Assembly (NCBI GenBank): GCA_951406725.2
Contig: OX597822.1
Coordinates: forward strand, 114,390,001-114,454,000
From: Octopus vulgaris
Taxonomy: Eukaryota
Direction: 5' to 3'
DNA: 64,000 bases
Shown one piece after another: positions 60,560 through 64,000 of the stretch. Position 1 is the stretch's first letter, and each line of letters opens with the position of its first letter. The position numbers were made by a program, and so were the translations under genes. The notes beneath the pieces are model-generated. The model searched no databases, was not told the DNA's origin, and was given only the letters and a program-made list of their open reading frames with translations.

Positions 60560-61399
60560 GTGAGTATAAAATAACAGTTCCTAATTGATTTCTATAAGGT
60601 TTGCTTCACCTGGGAATATTGTGCTTGAAAGAATAACTGAAAACAGCTTTCTTCTTTCCAATGGATAGATTAAGCTGTATAATGCTTTTATTAAAGCTGT
60701 TTATTTACTGAAAGGTAAATCGATATCTTTGTTGTTGGTAATAATGTTTAAATTAGAAGACTCAGTAGAGTTAATTTTGTCTTTTGATCAAGAAACTAAT
60801 GATGTTGTTTAAGCGTAAACAGGTGAGTTAATTATGGTTTTGTTTGTTTCACATTTTTATTGTTTTTTAAGCAGATGTCTTTCATAAGTTGGTAGAATTA
60901 CAATGAAAGGGATGACATAAAAATACCATATAATAGATCTGACCTCTGACCTAGATATAAGCAACAAAAGGCAAAAACAAGAGAAAAACAGTGTTGTCAA
61001 GTGACGACCACCCTATCACTGATAGTAAATCTATCATTTTATCTACTAAAAAAGACTTTGGTTTCATTCTTGGACAACCATTGTCACACACACACACACA
61101 CACACACTCTCTCTCTCTCTCTTTCTCTCTATCACCCTTTCTTCAAGATAAATACTTTTTGCAAGATATAATGCATTAAATGATGTCCTCATAATTTATC
61201 ATCTGATTTTTCAAGCTGCCATGCATTGGATGTGTCGTCAGTGTCTAAATCAGTTTTTATTCAGAGTTACCACCCACCCACATTGGTTGAGGAACATGTC
61301 TCACTTAAACATTCCAACTTTTCTAAGGTGGTATGCTCCCCCTAACACCAGTCACTTTATAGATTGTCCTGGGTGCAATTTATTGTGCCTAAAGCTATA

Positions 61400-62380
61400 G
61401 AAAGTTTGTAATGTCTACAAGAATATTAAACGCTCTCCTTTAACTTATACAAAGAAATATCAGATGCTTCGAAAGACGAAAGAGAAAAATGATTGGTGAG
61501 TAGCTCCTTAAGAACCTTTACAGGTTACTAGGAGGCTGTTTGCAGATGCTAAGGGCGGCAGGTAGAAATGTACTGAAAATGAGCTGAACAAGCATATAGG
61601 TAATATCTACAATGACCGTAAAGCGGGATCAACTGTTCCCACTTGTGGATGGTTTGAAACATCCAGAAAACTAAGGATCAAATATTTCAGCTTGGTGATT
61701 TCAGTAAGAAAGAAGTAAATTGTTTTATGAAGAGGGCAAGTATGAAGAGTAAAACAGGGGGTGATGGTGTGCCATACAATGTGTACAAGTATTGTACTCA
61801 GTTATGGTATAAGCTTTTCCGCCTACGTTGAGAGCTGGAATATAAAGGGGGTCTGGTTAATGACTGGTGCAATGCAGAATGAGTTTACTTACCAAACAAA
61901 GCTGATCCAGAACCGATCGTCCAGTTTGATCGACATTCTTTTATCTAGAATGTAAATGGCAAAGATTTACATGGGTGTGCTTACCAAGAGATCAGAATTA
62001 TATCTACAAAATAACGGCTGAGAGAAAGTGTCCAGAAGGTTGGCATCTCCGGAACCCTTATAAGTAGAACATGGATTTTCTGTCTGGGATACGATAGAAG
62101 ACACAAAGGAAAATTAAAAGGGATTTGAATGTCTTAAGGCGTGAGTTGGTTTTTGGCCTTCTATCATACAGTAGATGTCTCCAATCAATTGATGATGGAC
62201 GCAATGAACTTCTTTTATATATGAGAGAAGAGTAAGGATCTGATGAAGAGCTGCTATAACAATTTCAATATGCAGTTTGTGACAAAATATTTCACAAAAG
62301 ATTGTCAACATCTTGAAATCGTAATTGCTGTAGATTGCACAAAATAATTTTGTTTGTGCCTGTTATGGAGACGTTCCTTT
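61400..62380 (+). mobile_element. Very degenerate R2/NeSL-like RT remnant
   Basis: ARMKSKTGGDGVPYNVYKYC, NVNGKIYMGVL and VQKVGISG remnants. Confidence 0.5.
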
Positions 62381-62793
62381 GATCAGCAGATTGATCAAGA
62401 GAGATGATTCAAGAGAAATCACCTATGAAGGTGATGACATGAAAATACCATGTAATAGATTTGGCACAGACATAAGAAACAAAAGATAAAACTAAGGAAA
62501 CAACAGTTTCTTCAATTGATAAATAAACGAGATAATTGCTACGTTACTTGATAATGAATGTAGGATGTCTTAATAGAGAGAAGTCTAGGAAGGTTAGTCT
62601 GTTTGGTTATGGACGTAAATATTGAGCTATTCCATGAGACCACGAAAGAAGTATAAAAATAATGACCAAAACCATAGTGGTCACCAGCTGACCATTGATG
62701 ATAGGAATGTCTTACAGTAATAAAATAAAAACCAATTAACAGAGACAGAGGAATTATACTATGACGTGTAAAATTTGGAAATATTTATTTCAG

Positions 62794-62865
62794 AGTCTGT
62801 AAACCTAGGTGAGAAACATCTTCATAGTGTAGCAAAGAAGTGAGGGAATAAATGGCAGCAAGTTG
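62794..62865 (+). pseudogene. Candidate 72-nt phase-1/1 exon (x-SVNLGEKHLHSVAKK*GNKWQQV-G), death-domain N-terminus-like, with in-frame TGA
   Basis: ttggaaatatttatttcAG acceptor, GTAAGT donor. L-x-x-V-A-x-x-[L]-G-x-x-W-x-x-V-G pattern with TGA (62841-62843) at the expected Leu. Confidence 0.5.
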
Positions 62866-63379
62866 GTAAGTAAAAAAATACTTGATTTCTATAAATTTTG
62901 CCATCATTTGAACTTTTGTTTGTTAGAATGACAGAGAACAGGTTCCATTCCTTATTTCCTATTAAATGGTTAGCGAAAGATATTACTGAAATTTCATTGA
63001 GGTTGGTGAAATAAATAAATTAGAAGATTCACAAGAGTTAATAGTGTCGTTTGGAACAGGTAACTAAATTATATTATTGTTTACAGGTAAACAGGTGAGT
63101 TAATGTCAATGTTTCTGTTTGTTTACATTTCTACTAAATTTACTGATAGATTGTTGTTGTTGTTGTTATTTAGGCAGTTAGACTAAGTTGTTTACTTTTA
63201 TAATATGTGATGTGTAGCAAGCAATATTGAATTGTTTGTTTGTGTGATTGAAATCATTCCTAGTATCGCGTCCATTTCTGTTTTAATTGATCCAGGTGTA
63301 CCAAATATCACTGGTATTAGACATTTCAATCTTCGCTTTCCAGATATTTGTAAATGTTGATACTTATTAATTATTAGGC

Positions 63380-63722
63380 GAGCTGGCAGAGTGGTTAGCA
63401 CGCCGGGCGAAATGCGTGCCTTTCATCCTATCGGGGTCGATAAATTAAGTACCAGTTACGCACTGGGGTCGATGTAATCGACTTAATCCGTTTGTCCTTG
63501 TTTGTCCCCTCTGTGTTTAGCCCCTTGTGGGTAGTAAAGAAATAGGTATTTCGTCTGCCGCTACGTTCTGAGTTCAAATTCCGCCGAGGTCAACTTTGCC
63601 TTTCATCCTTTCGGGGTCGATAAATTAAATACCAGTTGTGTACTGGGGTCGATCTAATGGACTGCCCCCCCCCCCGCAAAAAAAGGTTTGGGCCTTGTGC
63701 CTAGAGTAGAAAAGAATTATTA
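63380..63722 (+). mobile_element. Dimeric SINE (abundant family); other copies at about 5575-5690(-), 9030-9150(-), 17775-17970(-), 18150-18345(-), 23742-23935(+), 37450-37790(+), 47820-47930(-), 48085-48360(-), 59652-59882(+)
   Basis: Shared head gagctggcagaa..gttagcacgccgggcgaaatgc, B-box-like gagttcaaat and core gtcgactttgcctttcatcctttcggggtcgataaattaagtaccag. Confidence 0.85.
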
Positions 63723-64000
63723 AATAGTGATGGAAGAACAAGCATCACAGATGACTATTTGAGGCATTGACCATGAGATGTTATCAAACGTCGGAAATTG
63801 AGAGTAACGTTACTCGACAGGGTGTCTAAGTTGGAGATTTGGGTGTCTCTCCAGGTCAAACGGCTGCTTCTCTGCATTGAGGAGTCAGAACTCTAGTAAT
63901 ACAGAAACGTGATTAGAATGTCACAAAAATGAATCGCAAAACGGCTTCATCAAGCTGAGCCAACTGACAGGATAGATCGAGACTAGGGGTAGATCGAGAC

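Overview
Repeat-dense, AT-rich animal genomic DNA; the SINE/LINE families and microsatellite load suggest a coleoid cephalopod (Octopus-like; inference). Most ORF-track entries are microsatellite or transposon artefacts. Two host-gene signals are visible. (1) A minus-strand secreted or membrane LRR gene: a signal peptide + LRRNT exon at 14183-14364 followed by two 72-nt, phase-2, one-LRR-per-exon cassettes (7180-7251, 1287-1358). These arose by tandem duplication, differ mostly at concave-face residues, and the gene runs off the left edge. (2) Three plus-strand phase-1 small exons (53260-53310, 60488-60559, 62794-62865) in paralogous intron frames but with very different exon sequences, two of them death-domain-like. 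The mobile DNA includes orientation-specific R4/Dong LINEs piled into (TAA)n tracts, ORF1-only Tx1/L1-like elements sharing a 3' tail with the local SINE, CR1 LINEs, mariner, a MITE, a Helitron fragment, and Penelope-like elements with hammerhead ribozyme motifs, including a ~3.1-kb palindrome with a hammerhead at each end. One segment (about 2330-3300) looks like an assembly mosaic. All calls were made by eye, and transposon boundaries are approximate.
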